Origin: Candidatus Thalassarchaeum sp.
GTDB taxonomy: Archaea; Thermoplasmatota; Poseidoniia; Poseidoniales; Thalassarchaeaceae
Assembly (NCBI GenBank): GCA_016777225.1
Contig: JADHRW010000001.1
Location: 170,981-234,980, forward strand
Length of the DNA stretch: 64,000 nt
Direction of reading: 5' to 3'
Shown here piece by piece: positions 9,074 through 19,782 of this stretch (the first letter of the stretch is position 1; each line of letters begins with the position of its first letter). The position numbers were made by a program, and so were the translations under genes. The notes below the pieces were generated by a model. It was not told the DNA's origin. It made no database searches and worked only from the letters and a program-made list of their open reading frames with translations.

Positions 9074-10789
9074 TCAACCAAATACTCCGAGTAGGTTGCC
9101 GTCTTCATCCATATCCATATCCATAGCAGCAGGCCTTCTGGGAAGTCCTGGCATAGTCATCATTGAGCCACATATCGCTACTAAGAATCCTGCACCTGCA
9201 TTGATTCTTATTTCTCTAATAGGTAATGTGAAACCTGTTGGCGCGCCAAGTTCTGAGGATTCATGACTGAATGAATATTGAGTCTTAGCCATACATACAG
9301 GAAGCGTATCCATACCCCATTTCTTCAACATATCAAATGAATGATGAGCCTGTGGACTGAAATCAACTGTATGAGCGCCATAGACATTGGTGGCTATTTT
9401 GAGAATAGTTTCACTGACTGACATTCCTGGTTCGACTATTGGCTTGTATGGGCTCCCCTTACTCTCATGATCCGCACATGCATTAACTACTGCATCTGCA
9501 AGATTACCTGCACCTTCACCACCATTAGCATGACCCTCAAAAATTACAACGTCTCTGGCACCTGCTAATTTTGCTTCTTCAGCAATAGCATCGATTTCTG
9601 CATCAGTATCTGTAGCGAATTTGTTAATTGAGACAATTACTGGGAGACCGGTCATAGAAATATTTCTTACATGACGACGGAGGTTACTTCCAGCGCCCTT
9701 ACGTGTAGCATCTACATTTTCTGATTCTAATTCTTCTTTAGGTGGTCTTTTACCACCGCCTGTCGAGAATCCACCACCATGGAGTTTCATACTCCTTACA
9801 GTAACATTAATCACAACACAGTCAGGAGTTTTTCCAGAGGCTAGAGCTTTGATATGAAGGGCTTTCTCTGCACCCATATCGGCTCCAAAGCCTGCTTCTG
9901 TAACTACATAATCAGAACATGAAAGAGCTAATGAATCAGCAATTATAGATGAATTACCATGAGCAATATTGGCAAATGGTCCGCAATGAACAAAAGCAGG
10001 ATCTCCTTCTAAAGTTTGGACTAAATTAGGCAATAATGCATCTCTAAGAAGTAGTGCCATAGAACCCGCTGCACCAATATCTTCTGCAGTTACTGGTTGA
10101 CCAGAATTAGATTCTGCAATGATAATTCTACCTAAACGTGCGCGTAAATCCCCATAACCACTTGAAAGAGATAGTATAGCCATAACTTCACTAGCAGCAG
10201 TAATATCGAATCTATCAGTTCTAACTAATCCATTCATTTTACCACCTAAGCCTATAGTAACTTCCCGCAAGGAACGATCATTCATGTCGATTACTCTTGG
10301 CCAAAATATACGATTAGTGTCAATATTTAATTCATTATCTCTATGAAGATGATTATCAAGAATGGCTGAACAAAGATTGTGAGCAGCGGTTACTGCATGT
10401 AAATCCCCAGTAAAATGTAAGTTAATCTGTTCCATAGGAATTACTTGAGAAAAACCGCCACCAGCTGCACCGCCTTTAATCCCAAAGACAGGACCCATCG
10501 AGGGTTCTCTTACAACACAAGTTGCATTATGTCCTCGGCGATTTAGCCCTTGGTTGAGGCCAATGGTAGTGACTGTTTTACCTTCTCCAAATGGAGTTGG
10601 ATTTACTGAAGTTACAAGAATCAAGAATCCTTGCTTATCTGAAGACTTAGATTTCATAGTTTCCCACTTAATTTTAGCAATAGTTGGACCCTGCATAATC
10701 AAGTCACTACTAGAAAGTCCAAGCTTCGCAGCAATCTCTTCAATAGGTCTAGGTTGCGCTCTGCGGGCGATATCCAAATCACTGTCCAT
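9074..10789 (-). CDS. fhs: Formate--tetrahydrofolate ligase
   Basis: PTPFGEGKT, REPSMGPVFGIKGGAAGGG, NLHFTGD, GPFANIAHG, EAGFGADMGAEK, CMAKTQYS, MTMPGLP. Confidence 0.97.
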   Translation of the reverse strand: MDSDLDIARRAQPRPIEEIAAKLGLSSSDLIMQGPTIAKIKWETMKSKSSDKQGFLILVTSVNPTPFGEGKTVTTIGLNQGLNRRGHNATCVVREPSMGPVFGIKGGAAGGGFSQVIPMEQINLHFTGDLHAVTAAHNLCSAILDNHLHRDNELNIDTNRIFWPRVIDMNDRSLREVTIGLGGKMNGLVRTDRFDITAASEVMAILSLSSGYGDLRARLGRIIIAESNSGQPVTAEDIGAAGSMALLLRDALLPNLVQTLEGDPAFVHCGPFANIAHGNSSIIADSLALSCSDYVVTEAGFGADMGAEKALHIKALASGKTPDCVVINVTVRSMKLHGGGFSTGGGKRPPKEELESENVDATRKGAGSNLRRHVRNISMTGLPVIVSINKFATDTDAEIDAIAEEAKLAGARDVVIFEGHANGGEGAGNLADAVVNACADHESKGSPYKPIVEPGMSVSETILKIATNVYGAHTVDFSPQAHHSFDMLKKWGMDTLPVCMAKTQYSFSHESSELGAPTGFTLPIREIRINAGAGFLVAICGSMMTMPGLPRRPAAMDMDMDEDGNLLGVFG

Positions 10790-10851
10790 CGTTCTTTCCG
10801 GTCGAACTACTCACTTGAAACCTTCATTGCTAACAATTCGTAGGAGGGCAT

Positions 10852-11583
10852 GTGAAGACACCAGCCTACTGGGGAGTTTCTGGTTTTCCAATCAGTCATT
10901 CTTTAACTCCGAAGATCTTCAACATCGTTGGAGATGCGCTAAATTTAGACACTACTAATATGATATTTATTGAGGCAAAAAATCCGGAAGAATTCAAGAA
11001 AAGTATTGATAATTTAGATGGTGATTTATGGATTTCAGTCACCTCTCCATTGAAACATACTCTTGGTAAAATACTTGAAATTTCTGAATTTGAAGGGGTG
11101 AATTCAATTAATCAATTAACGAGAATTAAGGGTGAATGGGAAGGAACTAACACTGATGGTTATGGATTTGTCAACACTGCTAAATATATCGGAATAAACC
11201 CACAAGAAGCTATTCTGAAAATCAAAGGAGGGGGATCAACGGCTAGATCTATAGCTGCAGCTTGGTCAGAAGCAGGAGGGAAAATTGTCCCCATCAATGG
11301 TAGAAGAGAATTAACTGATGGACCATGGGATAAATCAATAATTGAAGATTGCCATGCTGATATTGCAGTAGATTTAGATACTGAACCAGGACAAATTAAC
11401 AATAAAATAATGAATGCTAATATGACAGTCACCTTATCTTACAATGAACATTCAAAAATTAATGAATTTGCATTAATAATGCTTGTATCTCAGCATTTAG
11501 AAGCCTGGGATAGACTTTTCATAAACAATACATCATCAAAATTACCTACCCTAGATTATGTTCTAGAAAGGCTATTCAATTAA
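10852..11583 (+). CDS. aroE: Shikimate dehydrogenase-like protein (short)
   Basis: GFPISHSLTP, SVTSPLK, GTNTDGYG, GGGSTARS, MLVSQ. Confidence 0.75.
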   Translation: MKTPAYWGVSGFPISHSLTPKIFNIVGDALNLDTTNMIFIEAKNPEEFKKSIDNLDGDLWISVTSPLKHTLGKILEISEFEGVNSINQLTRIKGEWEGTNTDGYGFVNTAKYIGINPQEAILKIKGGGSTARSIAAAWSEAGGKIVPINGRRELTDGPWDKSIIEDCHADIAVDLDTEPGQINNKIMNANMTVTLSYNEHSKINEFALIMLVSQHLEAWDRLFINNTSSKLPTLDYVLERLFN

Positions 11584-13130
11584 AGTGGAATATTTCCGTG
11601 TTTCTTAGGAGGAACCCATTCTCTCTTTGTCCTGAGTGGCTTCAACGCTTGAATTAATTTCTTCCTTGTATCCGCTGGTTCAATGACATCATCTAACCAC
11701 CCATTTCTTGCTGCAACATATGGGTCACCAAATTTACTACGATACTCATCAACTAATTCTAAATGAGTCTCTGAACGATTATCAGATTGTTCGAGCTCTC
11801 TACGATGAATGATATTCACGGCACCATCCGCTCCCATAACGGCTAACTCACCAGTAGGCCATGATACGTTATAGTCTGACCCAAGATGTTTGCATGACAT
11901 GGCTAGATAAGCGCCACCATATGCTTTCCTAGTTACTACCGTGAGTTTAGGAACTGTAGCTTCAGCATAAGCATATAGCATCTTTGCACCATGACGAATG
12001 ATACCGCCCCATTCTTGAACAGTACCCGGAAGGAAACCGGGCACATCAACAAAAGTAATGACTGGTATATTGAATACATCACAAGTACGAATAAACCTCG
12101 CTGCCTTAACAGATGCATCAATATCTAGACACCCTGCAAGCACTTTCGGCTGATTAGCTACGATACCGACTGATTGACCATCTAAACGAGCAAAACCCAC
12201 CAATATATTATCAGCATAAGAAGGAAATAACTCCAAAAATCTATCTTCATCAACAACTTCTTTGATTACTTTTGACATGTCATAAGGCTTGTTGGAATCA
12301 GAAGGCACTATTTTTTCTAATTTTTTACAAGTTCTATCCCATGGATCACCCGAATTAACATTGAATGATTCTGCAAGCGTATGGTCAGGTAAATAACTCA
12401 GAATCTCCGCTGCAATATTGATTGCATCGTGCTCATCTTCAGCGACTAAGCATGCAACTCCACTACGACTTGCATGAGATTCAGCTCCTCCGAGTGTATC
12501 TTCATCAATCTCGCCATTAATGACTTCAGGAATGAAATATGGACTCCTCATAAACATTTGACCATGTTCTGAGCCTAGAATTACAAAATCAGACAAACCT
12601 GCAGCTAAAGCACTCACACCTGAAACGGTACCAAGAACTAGAGAGATTATTGGAATACGGCCAGAGCACGCTACAAGAATATCAAGTAATTCTCCTGTTG
12701 CTCCTAAAGCAGGTACTCCTTCGTAAGCGCGCTGACCATCACCATCCCAGATTCCTATAATTGGCAATTGAGATTTCTCGGCAAATTCTGCTATTTTTGC
12801 TATTTTTTTAGCATGCATTTCACCCATTGTTCCTTCAAATATAGAATAGTCTTGAGCAAAACAAACTATTCTCCTACCATCAAGCATTCCATGACCAGCA
12901 ACGACTCCATCTCCTAATGGCCGATGGAGATGTAAATTATGATCACCCGAGCGATGCTGGACAAAGGCATCAATTTCAACAAATGATTCAGTATCTAGTA
13001 AAGCATGAATTCTTTCTCGAGCAGTCATTCGACCGGATTTCCTCAAATTTTGAACTGATATTCGATCACCAGGGCTATCTGCAAGTTGACGAAAATTATC
13101 TAAATTTTCACTCGGGGATACCCCTGACAT
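11580..13130 (-). CDS. pccB: Acyl-CoA (propionyl-CoA-type) carboxylase, carboxyltransferase beta subunit
   Basis: GRMTARERI, GDGVVAG, VGIVANQP, FVDVPGFLPG, RKAYGGAY, KKHGNIPL. Confidence 0.9.
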   Translation of the reverse strand: MSGVSPSENLDNFRQLADSPGDRISVQNLRKSGRMTARERIHALLDTESFVEIDAFVQHRSGDHNLHLHRPLGDGVVAGHGMLDGRRIVCFAQDYSIFEGTMGEMHAKKIAKIAEFAEKSQLPIIGIWDGDGQRAYEGVPALGATGELLDILVACSGRIPIISLVLGTVSGVSALAAGLSDFVILGSEHGQMFMRSPYFIPEVINGEIDEDTLGGAESHASRSGVACLVAEDEHDAINIAAEILSYLPDHTLAESFNVNSGDPWDRTCKKLEKIVPSDSNKPYDMSKVIKEVVDEDRFLELFPSYADNILVGFARLDGQSVGIVANQPKVLAGCLDIDASVKAARFIRTCDVFNIPVITFVDVPGFLPGTVQEWGGIIRHGAKMLYAYAEATVPKLTVVTRKAYGGAYLAMSCKHLGSDYNVSWPTGELAVMGADGAVNIIHRRELEQSDNRSETHLELVDEYRSKFGDPYVAARNGWLDDVIEPADTRKKLIQALKPLRTKREWVPPKKHGNIPL

Positions 13131-13178
13131 ATCGTTTCGAACTAACAGACGGTTATTGACAGAGTCGGCTCGAACATT

Positions 13179-14525
13179 TCAAGATTGAGAGTCATATGGA
13201 TTTTCACCACAGAGATCTTGCTCCCAACCTGAAATGACATCATCTCTCTTTCCATCGAGTGAAAGAAGATGGTGTAATTTAACTAAACCAGAACTTGGTG
13301 GACAGAGAGAACCGTGACCTATTATCCCCATTTCTTGTTGAACACGGCCTTTTGAATATACGTCGAGATGTACTGGACCATGTATTGTCTGAGTCGTTAA
13401 AACTACTATGCCCCCAGAATTACAATAATCTTCTAATGTAAATTTCAGTTTGATATTTTCAGGACTATCGTTTTCAGGGTCTTGAATAGGTAAATGACCT
13501 AGCCCGGTACCATGAAAATACAACGCATCATAACCTGAATTAATTGCTGCCTGAACTAAATCAGAATGTAAGTGAGGTCCAGCAGAGAATTCCGCAATTC
13601 GAATAGATTCATCGAAATAAGTTGGAGTATCTGTTTCAACTCTGGCATCATGACCTCTTGGTTCGAAAAATTCTATCGAAGCAGAATCCCGATTAACAAG
13701 AATATGAGCAATTGGATTTTGATTAATAGGTTTGAATGCACCTCTACGTGAAGAATGATACTTTCGAGTAGCACAGCCGGGAAGAACTGCGCAACGACCG
13801 TCTGATGAATCAGCATGTAATACCACAACTGCAGAATCTCCGTAGCCACTGGGTATAGGGCCATTAGCAGCCCAATGAACAGCGGCTATAAGATTCTCAG
13901 CTGCATCAGATGAACCTCTATCTGGAGAGCGTTGAGAACCTGTTAATGCAATTCTTCCAGAGGGTCTTCCTCCTTGACCAGACCAACCATAAGACATAGC
14001 GGCAGCAGTATAGTGTAGTGTATCTGTACCGTGAGTTATGACAACTCCTACTGCACCTTCTTCAAAGGCCTCTGCTGTAGCTTTCAACATACGATTCCAA
14101 TGACGAGGACGAATATCATCAGACCACATATTACCTAGTTTGACAACATGAATCTTAGCAATTGAACGTAATTCAGGTACTGCATCTAATAACTCATCAG
14201 GTTCGAAACGAGCCGAAACTGCTCCTGTTTTATAGTCAACCTTTGATGCAATAGTCCCTCCCGTATGGATCAAATGAACAAGCGGTAATGAATCGTCTTG
14301 AGGGATGGATGCGATAACTTCTTCTTCGTAAATTTCAACTGAATCAAGAATTTCTATACTTTTCACCACAAGTTCAGGATATGAGATATTATATCCATTT
14401 ACTAGTTTCATAGTCACTAATTTTGGTCCTGCAGGAGGTAAGGCAAGACCATCATGCGAAGTCTCTCCAGCCCAAGTCTTCACCACCAAACGAACAGCGG
14501 TTCCCGCCTCAGGCCAATCTACCAT
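13179..14525 (-). CDS. gatD: Glu-tRNA(Gln) amidotransferase subunit D
   Basis: MKLVNGYNI, TGGTIASKVDYKTGAV, HGTDT, GSQRSPDRGSSDA, GTGLGH; start placed at ATG 14525 (MVDWPEAG). Confidence 0.9.
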   Translation of the reverse strand: MVDWPEAGTAVRLVVKTWAGETSHDGLALPPAGPKLVTMKLVNGYNISYPELVVKSIEILDSVEIYEEEVIASIPQDDSLPLVHLIHTGGTIASKVDYKTGAVSARFEPDELLDAVPELRSIAKIHVVKLGNMWSDDIRPRHWNRMLKATAEAFEEGAVGVVITHGTDTLHYTAAAMSYGWSGQGGRPSGRIALTGSQRSPDRGSSDAAENLIAAVHWAANGPIPSGYGDSAVVVLHADSSDGRCAVLPGCATRKYHSSRRGAFKPINQNPIAHILVNRDSASIEFFEPRGHDARVETDTPTYFDESIRIAEFSAGPHLHSDLVQAAINSGYDALYFHGTGLGHLPIQDPENDSPENIKLKFTLEDYCNSGGIVVLTTQTIHGPVHLDVYSKGRVQQEMGIIGHGSLCPPSSGLVKLHHLLSLDGKRDDVISGWEQDLCGENPYDSQS

Positions 14526-14614
14526 GAGGGCTGTGGAATACTGCCACCACATCAAACACACGCTCTGGAAGACTCTGCTGAAGACTTCATGGGTAGACAT
14601 CTACACGAGCAGCC

Positions 14615-15466
14615 ATGGAGGGGCAGACCGCTATACTAGCAGCGGTGATGGCAGGACTTGTTGCAACTACTGTAACTGTACTAATCGAGAAATATGGGGG
14701 TATTTTAGGAGGAATACTAGGAACTATTCCCACTACAATTATTCCAGCAGCAATAGGGATGGGGGCGGAAGGAGGAGATGACTCGTTAATACTTAGTTTA
14801 GCAATAGTTCCTGCTGGAATGTTAATCAATGCAATATTTCTTTCAACTTGGGCAATTCTACCAAATAAATTACCAATTAAATGGAGTTCGAATAAAAGAT
14901 TACTCTTCACTAGTATCTGCTCTCTAATTGTTTGGACCGTTACTGGCGTATTGGCAATTCAAGTTGTTGACATAGCGATTGAGAAGAATTACTCTGCATA
15001 TCAAATTGCAGTCACGGGATTTCTATTAGTGGGGATACTTGGAGCAGTAATGTGTTGGAATCTGAAACCAGCACCAAAAGGAAAGAATAAGGTTAGTAAA
15101 ATAATTCTTATTTCTAGAGGTACTGTAGCTGCTACTGCAATAGGAATTGCAGTCTTAATTTCAGGATTAGGAATGCCACTGTTAGCAGGGCTAGCATCGG
15201 TTTTTCCGGCAATATTCCTTACAAGTATGGTCGCTTTATGGATTGCACAAGGTCCTTCAGTACCCCTAGGAGCCGCGGGTCCAATGATGATGGGTGGAGC
15301 ATCTGTTGCTGCATATTCAATTATTGCAATGTGGTCAATGATTGAATACGGTTTAGCTATTGGTTCAATAATTGCTTGGATTGGTTCAATTATATTCTGG
15401 TCAATACCATCATTTGCTTATGTAAATTGGAGATCAAAAGTACAAAATTCTGAGATATCGACATGA
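14615..15466 (+). CDS. Multi-pass membrane protein
   Basis: About 8-9 hydrophobic segments with internal duplication (GGILGTIPTT / AGLASVFPAI). Confidence 0.65.
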   Translation: MEGQTAILAAVMAGLVATTVTVLIEKYGGILGGILGTIPTTIIPAAIGMGAEGGDDSLILSLAIVPAGMLINAIFLSTWAILPNKLPIKWSSNKRLLFTSICSLIVWTVTGVLAIQVVDIAIEKNYSAYQIAVTGFLLVGILGAVMCWNLKPAPKGKNKVSKIILISRGTVAATAIGIAVLISGLGMPLLAGLASVFPAIFLTSMVALWIAQGPSVPLGAAGPMMMGGASVAAYSIIAMWSMIEYGLAIGSIIAWIGSIIFWSIPSFAYVNWRSKVQNSEIST

Positions 15467-15501
15467 GAAAAACTGAATATGAATTCCTGTGAGTCTGAAT
15501 A

Positions 15502-16578
15502 ATGGTTGCAGGTCCTATCATAGATTCTGATATTCGTAAAGCTCATACTTTACCCTCTAGATACTATACTGAAGATACTCTATTCTCAGAAATTCTGTCT
15601 ACTCTTTCTAACTCATTTCACTTTGCAGCACACGTAAGTCAACTTAATGAAAATAATATAATACCTTTACCTCAATTGGAAAATATTCTTGGTGAAGCTT
15701 TGATGATTACTAAAGATGTGAAGATTAGATGTTTGTCAAATGTATGCACACACAGAGGGATGCTAATTGCTACAAAACCATGTAATTCAAAAAATCTCAA
15801 ATGTGGATATCATGGAAGAACATTCGGATTAGATGGCTGTATGAAAAATATGCCAGAATTCACAGAAGTTGAAAACTTTCCGTCTGATTCAGATAGTTTA
15901 ATCGAGTTCCCTATCAATATATGGAATGGAATAATATTTACAGGAGGGGAACGGTTTTTTACCAGTGTTATTGATGAAATACAGAAAAGAATAGGATGGA
16001 TGAGAATAGAATCTTTCGAGTATGATAAATCACGACATCGATCATATGATATTAATGCTAACTGGGCTCTTTATGTTGACAATTATCTTGAAGGATTCCA
16101 TATTCCATTTGTGCATGGAGATTTACATAATGTTCTGGACTATGATTCATACAAAACAGAATTATTTGAGGGTGGAGTTTTACAAATAGGTATTGCTAAT
16201 GAGGGGGAAGCATATTTTCAGTTGCCAATATCATCTCCTGATTATGGACAAAAAATAGCTGCTTATTATTATTGGATATATCCGGGTTTGATGTTAAATT
16301 TTTATCCATGGGGGTTATCAGTAAATATTGTGAATCCTATTTCAGTTGATAAAACAAGAATAATTTATCATGGTTTCGTAGGTGAAAAATCAATGCTTGG
16401 AAAAGGAGCAGGAGGAGATTTAGACAAAGTTGAGGCGGAAGATCAAGAAATTGTTGAAGCTACACAAAGAGGAGTCTCTTCGAAATCATATGAAAGAGGA
16501 AGATACTCACCATCTAAGGAAAAAGGAGTACATTATTTCCATAGAATATTGACTAACTCTATAAACAATGATTTTTAG
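15502..16578 (+). CDS. Rieske non-heme iron oxygenase alpha subunit (choline monooxygenase/CntA-like)
   Basis: NVCTHRG...CGYHG Rieske ligands; NW...DNYLEGFHIPFVH and EDQEIVE mononuclear Fe ligands. Confidence 0.88.
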   Translation: MVAGPIIDSDIRKAHTLPSRYYTEDTLFSEILSTLSNSFHFAAHVSQLNENNIIPLPQLENILGEALMITKDVKIRCLSNVCTHRGMLIATKPCNSKNLKCGYHGRTFGLDGCMKNMPEFTEVENFPSDSDSLIEFPINIWNGIIFTGGERFFTSVIDEIQKRIGWMRIESFEYDKSRHRSYDINANWALYVDNYLEGFHIPFVHGDLHNVLDYDSYKTELFEGGVLQIGIANEGEAYFQLPISSPDYGQKIAAYYYWIYPGLMLNFYPWGLSVNIVNPISVDKTRIIYHGFVGEKSMLGKGAGGDLDKVEAEDQEIVEATQRGVSSKSYERGRYSPSKEKGVHYFHRILTNSINNDF

Positions 16579-16601
16579 TGTATATCGGTCTCGATGTATT
16601 G

Positions 16602-18599
16602 ATGAATCCTAGTAAAAAAACTCTAGTCTCAATCTTAATCGTGATGTCAATGTTACTTTCAGGCTGTACTGAAGCATCGAATGACTCCTCAGATGAGATT
16701 GATGATATACCCTTACAAGATTGTGAATTAAATGATAGTTGCTTTGAAGAAGATACTGAAGAAATAATCACAATACCTCACACAGATGGATGCGACAATA
16801 TCAATCCATTCCATTGCATGTTACCTTTTCCATCTAATGCTTTTTTAGTAGATGACTCAAGTACAGTTACAAAAAAAAGAATTAATTATTCACCCACCAG
16901 TTTACCCGGTTCTGGATCAAAATCAGTTATTGAAATACCACTAATTAATCAAATGGATGGATTCAGTACATCAACTCAGATAATGACTGCTTTTTCATCA
17001 ATACCAAATGTAGATATGCTGGCAAATCAGAATAACATAGCTCCAAGCATGAACTTAGAACATCAAACATTACTGATGAACATTAATACTGGAGAACTTG
17101 TAGAACATTGGGTCGAATTAGATGCCCGAGCGGAAGAAGGAGAAGAAGTAATTCTCCATATAAGGACAATTAAACATTTACAATTCAATACCGAATATGG
17201 AGTTTTAATACATGGTTTAACTGATGAATCGGGAGAATTAATTCAACCTTCAGAAGCTCTTAATGCAATTATGAATGGAAATATTACAGATTCATCAGAT
17301 ATCGAAGAAAGAAGAAATGAAATTTCACTTCTGATTGATTATTTCACTGAAGATATTAATATAGAAAAATCAGGTATACAAGCAATCTGGAGCTTTACTA
17401 CAAACTCTGCAGAGTCAGCATTAGGCCCTACAATTCAGATGAGAGATGATGCATTGGAAAGAATTGGAGGAGGTATTGGTTGTACAATAGATTCTGTTGA
17501 AGAAAATTATGGTGATGATAATCTCACTCTAAGGAGAATTACTGGAACTTTCACAACCCCTCAATATACCATTTCAGAATATTCACCTACATTGATTAAT
17601 AGAGATGAAAATCGTAATGCAGTCTTTGTAGAAAATAGAGAAGTACCATTCGCTATGACTATTCCTACTCTTGAAGATAGTACCGAAAATATGCCGATTA
17701 CAATATGGGGCCATGGTTTCTTAGGACAAAGTGACGGAGGCCCTAGAGGTTGGGCTCATACATATCAAACAGTAATGCTTACAACCGATATTACAGGATT
17801 TACTAGTGTAGACTATGACCCTATTTCTTTTGCATTATTAGACCCTAACTACTTCACTCATCACTCTGCAAGTCTAGAACAAGGAATGATCAATCATGTA
17901 GTATTAGCCAAGACATTTTCTGATGCTTGTTCTAACTTAACTGAGTTCTATGATTCAGGAGTCAAGATAGTAGATACAGATGAAATACACTGGGGAGGTT
18001 ATTCTTTAGGAGGAATAGTAGGAATTCCTGTAATGTCACTATCTCCAGATATTAATCGAGGGGCATTATTCGCTGGTGGAGGCCCTTACACTTTGATTGC
18101 AGAAAGATCTGGTGCAGTTGAGGGGCTATACTATGCGTTTTCTCTGGATATATCATATGATAATCAAATGGATAGAGCTGTGATAATGTCTGCTGTAATA
18201 CAACAACTTTGGGATATTGTAGACCCCGATGTATATTCTGCATATCTTAATAGCGAAAATACAGGATTGTATGAGCATCAGTTTGTTTCTTTAAATTCAA
18301 TGGGTGACCAAGTAGTCCCTGTCCTATCTGCTGATAGAATGGTTAGAAGTTCAGGTGCATTGATAATGGATAGTTCTGTTTACCACCCAATTGAAACATC
18401 AACATGGGTAGAAGGAGATAACTTATCATCAGTAGCGGTATATTTTGATGGGAATTACACAGCACCTGAAGAAAATGTCTTCGGACCAGGAAATGGAGCA
18501 CATGGATATTTATGGGCTCCAATCGAACCTGCTGAAATAGCTTTTAGATTTCTCTTAGATGGAGAAATATTTGATGCCTGTGATGGAGACTGTAACTGA
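16602..18599 (+). CDS. Secreted/lipid-anchored alpha/beta-hydrolase (lipase-like) with N-terminal Ig-like region
   Basis: Lipobox LLSGC, LPFPSN and DGFST motifs, WGHG, nucleophile elbow GYSLGG, late GDQVV and GAH. Confidence 0.75.
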   Translation: MNPSKKTLVSILIVMSMLLSGCTEASNDSSDEIDDIPLQDCELNDSCFEEDTEEIITIPHTDGCDNINPFHCMLPFPSNAFLVDDSSTVTKKRINYSPTSLPGSGSKSVIEIPLINQMDGFSTSTQIMTAFSSIPNVDMLANQNNIAPSMNLEHQTLLMNINTGELVEHWVELDARAEEGEEVILHIRTIKHLQFNTEYGVLIHGLTDESGELIQPSEALNAIMNGNITDSSDIEERRNEISLLIDYFTEDINIEKSGIQAIWSFTTNSAESALGPTIQMRDDALERIGGGIGCTIDSVEENYGDDNLTLRRITGTFTTPQYTISEYSPTLINRDENRNAVFVENREVPFAMTIPTLEDSTENMPITIWGHGFLGQSDGGPRGWAHTYQTVMLTTDITGFTSVDYDPISFALLDPNYFTHHSASLEQGMINHVVLAKTFSDACSNLTEFYDSGVKIVDTDEIHWGGYSLGGIVGIPVMSLSPDINRGALFAGGGPYTLIAERSGAVEGLYYAFSLDISYDNQMDRAVIMSAVIQQLWDIVDPDVYSAYLNSENTGLYEHQFVSLNSMGDQVVPVLSADRMVRSSGALIMDSSVYHPIETSTWVEGDNLSSVAVYFDGNYTAPEENVFGPGNGAHGYLWAPIEPAEIAFRFLLDGEIFDACDGDCN

Positions 18600-18601
18600 A
18601 A

Positions 18602-18883
18602 TTAACATCCATCTATTCTTACAGTACCAGAATCTGATATAGAACATATCCAATCAGAATGAACTGAGACCCTAGTATCAAACGATACTTCGCCATAGTC
18701 ACCAGTATCGCCTAAACCAAAACTAGTTACAGCTATGACATACCATTCATTATCAATCAAAGTAAAAGAGGGACCCCCGGAGTCCCCCGGAACAGACATC
18801 CCCTCTAATTCCTGAGGAACTGGACTACTAGAACCAGAACCTGCATGAGGGAAATATCCATACTTATTCGACCATTTTAGAAT
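18602..18883 (-). pseudogene. C-terminal remnant of a trypsin-like serine protease
   Basis: LEGMSVPGDSGGP...VIAVTSFG...YG...TRVS..DWI; frame is closed by a stop about 28 codons upstream of the ATG; catalytic His/Asp half absent. Confidence 0.7.
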
Positions 18884-19112
18884 TCATTGTGTCATTATCA
18901 CTTAATATCGAATCTTTTTGTTCAATAATTATTGGTTCAGAATCAATCTTCACTGGCTCTTGAACATCATTAGACATTAAATCTTGAGCTAAATCTGAAG
19001 AAAGTTTTTTCTGATCATTTGAAAATTCAAAATTCTTAGAAAATGAATCAATTGAATCTAAAATTCTGCCGACTCTAGAACTTGATGAAATGTCTACTTG
19101 CTCATCTACCAC
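18864..19112 (-). CDS. Small acidic hypothetical protein
   Basis: 82-aa ORF with TTCAA element at -29..-25 of the GTG. Confidence 0.5.
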   Translation of the reverse strand: MVDEQVDISSSSRVGRILDSIDSFSKNFEFSNDQKKLSSDLAQDLMSNDVQEPVKIDSEPIIIEQKDSILSDNDTMNSKMVE

Positions 19113-19181
19113 GAGTAATGCTGAGCATTGATGTCTTTGAATCTCTCGGGTAATTTTAGACTATTACGACTTACTTGACAC

Positions 19182-19484
19182 TTATCTTCTAAGAAGTAAC
19201 TGTGGAGGTATACGATATTGATATTCTATATTTGGTCCAATCAATTCGATTATTTCCATTTTTTCATCTATTCGAATAAGTGTAACAAATGTATCAACAC
19301 CATGTAGTGGCATATTAGCTACGAGTTGACCACTCCTATGAATTATTAATTCCGTCTTAACATCTGGAGGATTTGATGAAAATCTAAGAGAGTTGTCATC
19401 AATTAAAATAGTACCAAGATTATCGAATATCTTCGAAAAATAAATACAAAGTTCAGTCCAATTAGAAATTTGGATCTCACGCAT
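19182..19484 (-). CDS. Hypothetical protein (about 100 aa)
   Basis: Start moved to ATG 19484 because the longer ORF runs through tRNA-Met. Confidence 0.55.
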   Translation of the reverse strand: MREIQISNWTELCIYFSKIFDNLGTILIDDNSLRFSSNPPDVKTELIIHRSGQLVANMPLHGVDTFVTLIRIDEKMEIIELIGPNIEYQYRIPPQLLLRR

Positions 19485-19519
19485 GATATGGGGTGTAGTG
19501 ATGAAGTATTTGGGAATGG

Positions 19520-19671
19520 TGGTGCCGGGAGCGGGACTTGAACCCGCGACCTTCGGATGTCTCAGACACTCAAAGCAGGCTGTTGCGCTCATGACTAGTT
19601 CCAGTAGAAATCAGATTTCCACAAAAAATTACCCTATGAGTCCGACGCGCTACCAACTACGCCACCCCGGC
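19520..19671 (-). tRNA. Elongator tRNA-Met(CAT) with 76-nt intron (19559-19634) at position 37/38, CCA encoded
   Basis: GCCGGGG acceptor stem, TCGGA-CTCATA|intron|A-TCCGA, bulge-helix-bulge with CTCA/TGAG central helix and UAG/ACA bulges, GGTTCAAGTCC T-arm. Confidence 0.93.
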
Positions 19672-19782
19672 AGTAAGCCTTTCGACTGACAACCACCATT
19701 TGAGTATAACCATCCCCAAAAGAGGTTTTCAGAGGACCTTATGCACCCGTACCCTTGATGAGTAGTTCTGCATCGGCAATAC

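Noticed and set aside
19483-19689. ORF 19483-19689(+) and the 5' extension of ORF 19182-19592
   Set aside because: Both overlap the intron-containing tRNA-Met
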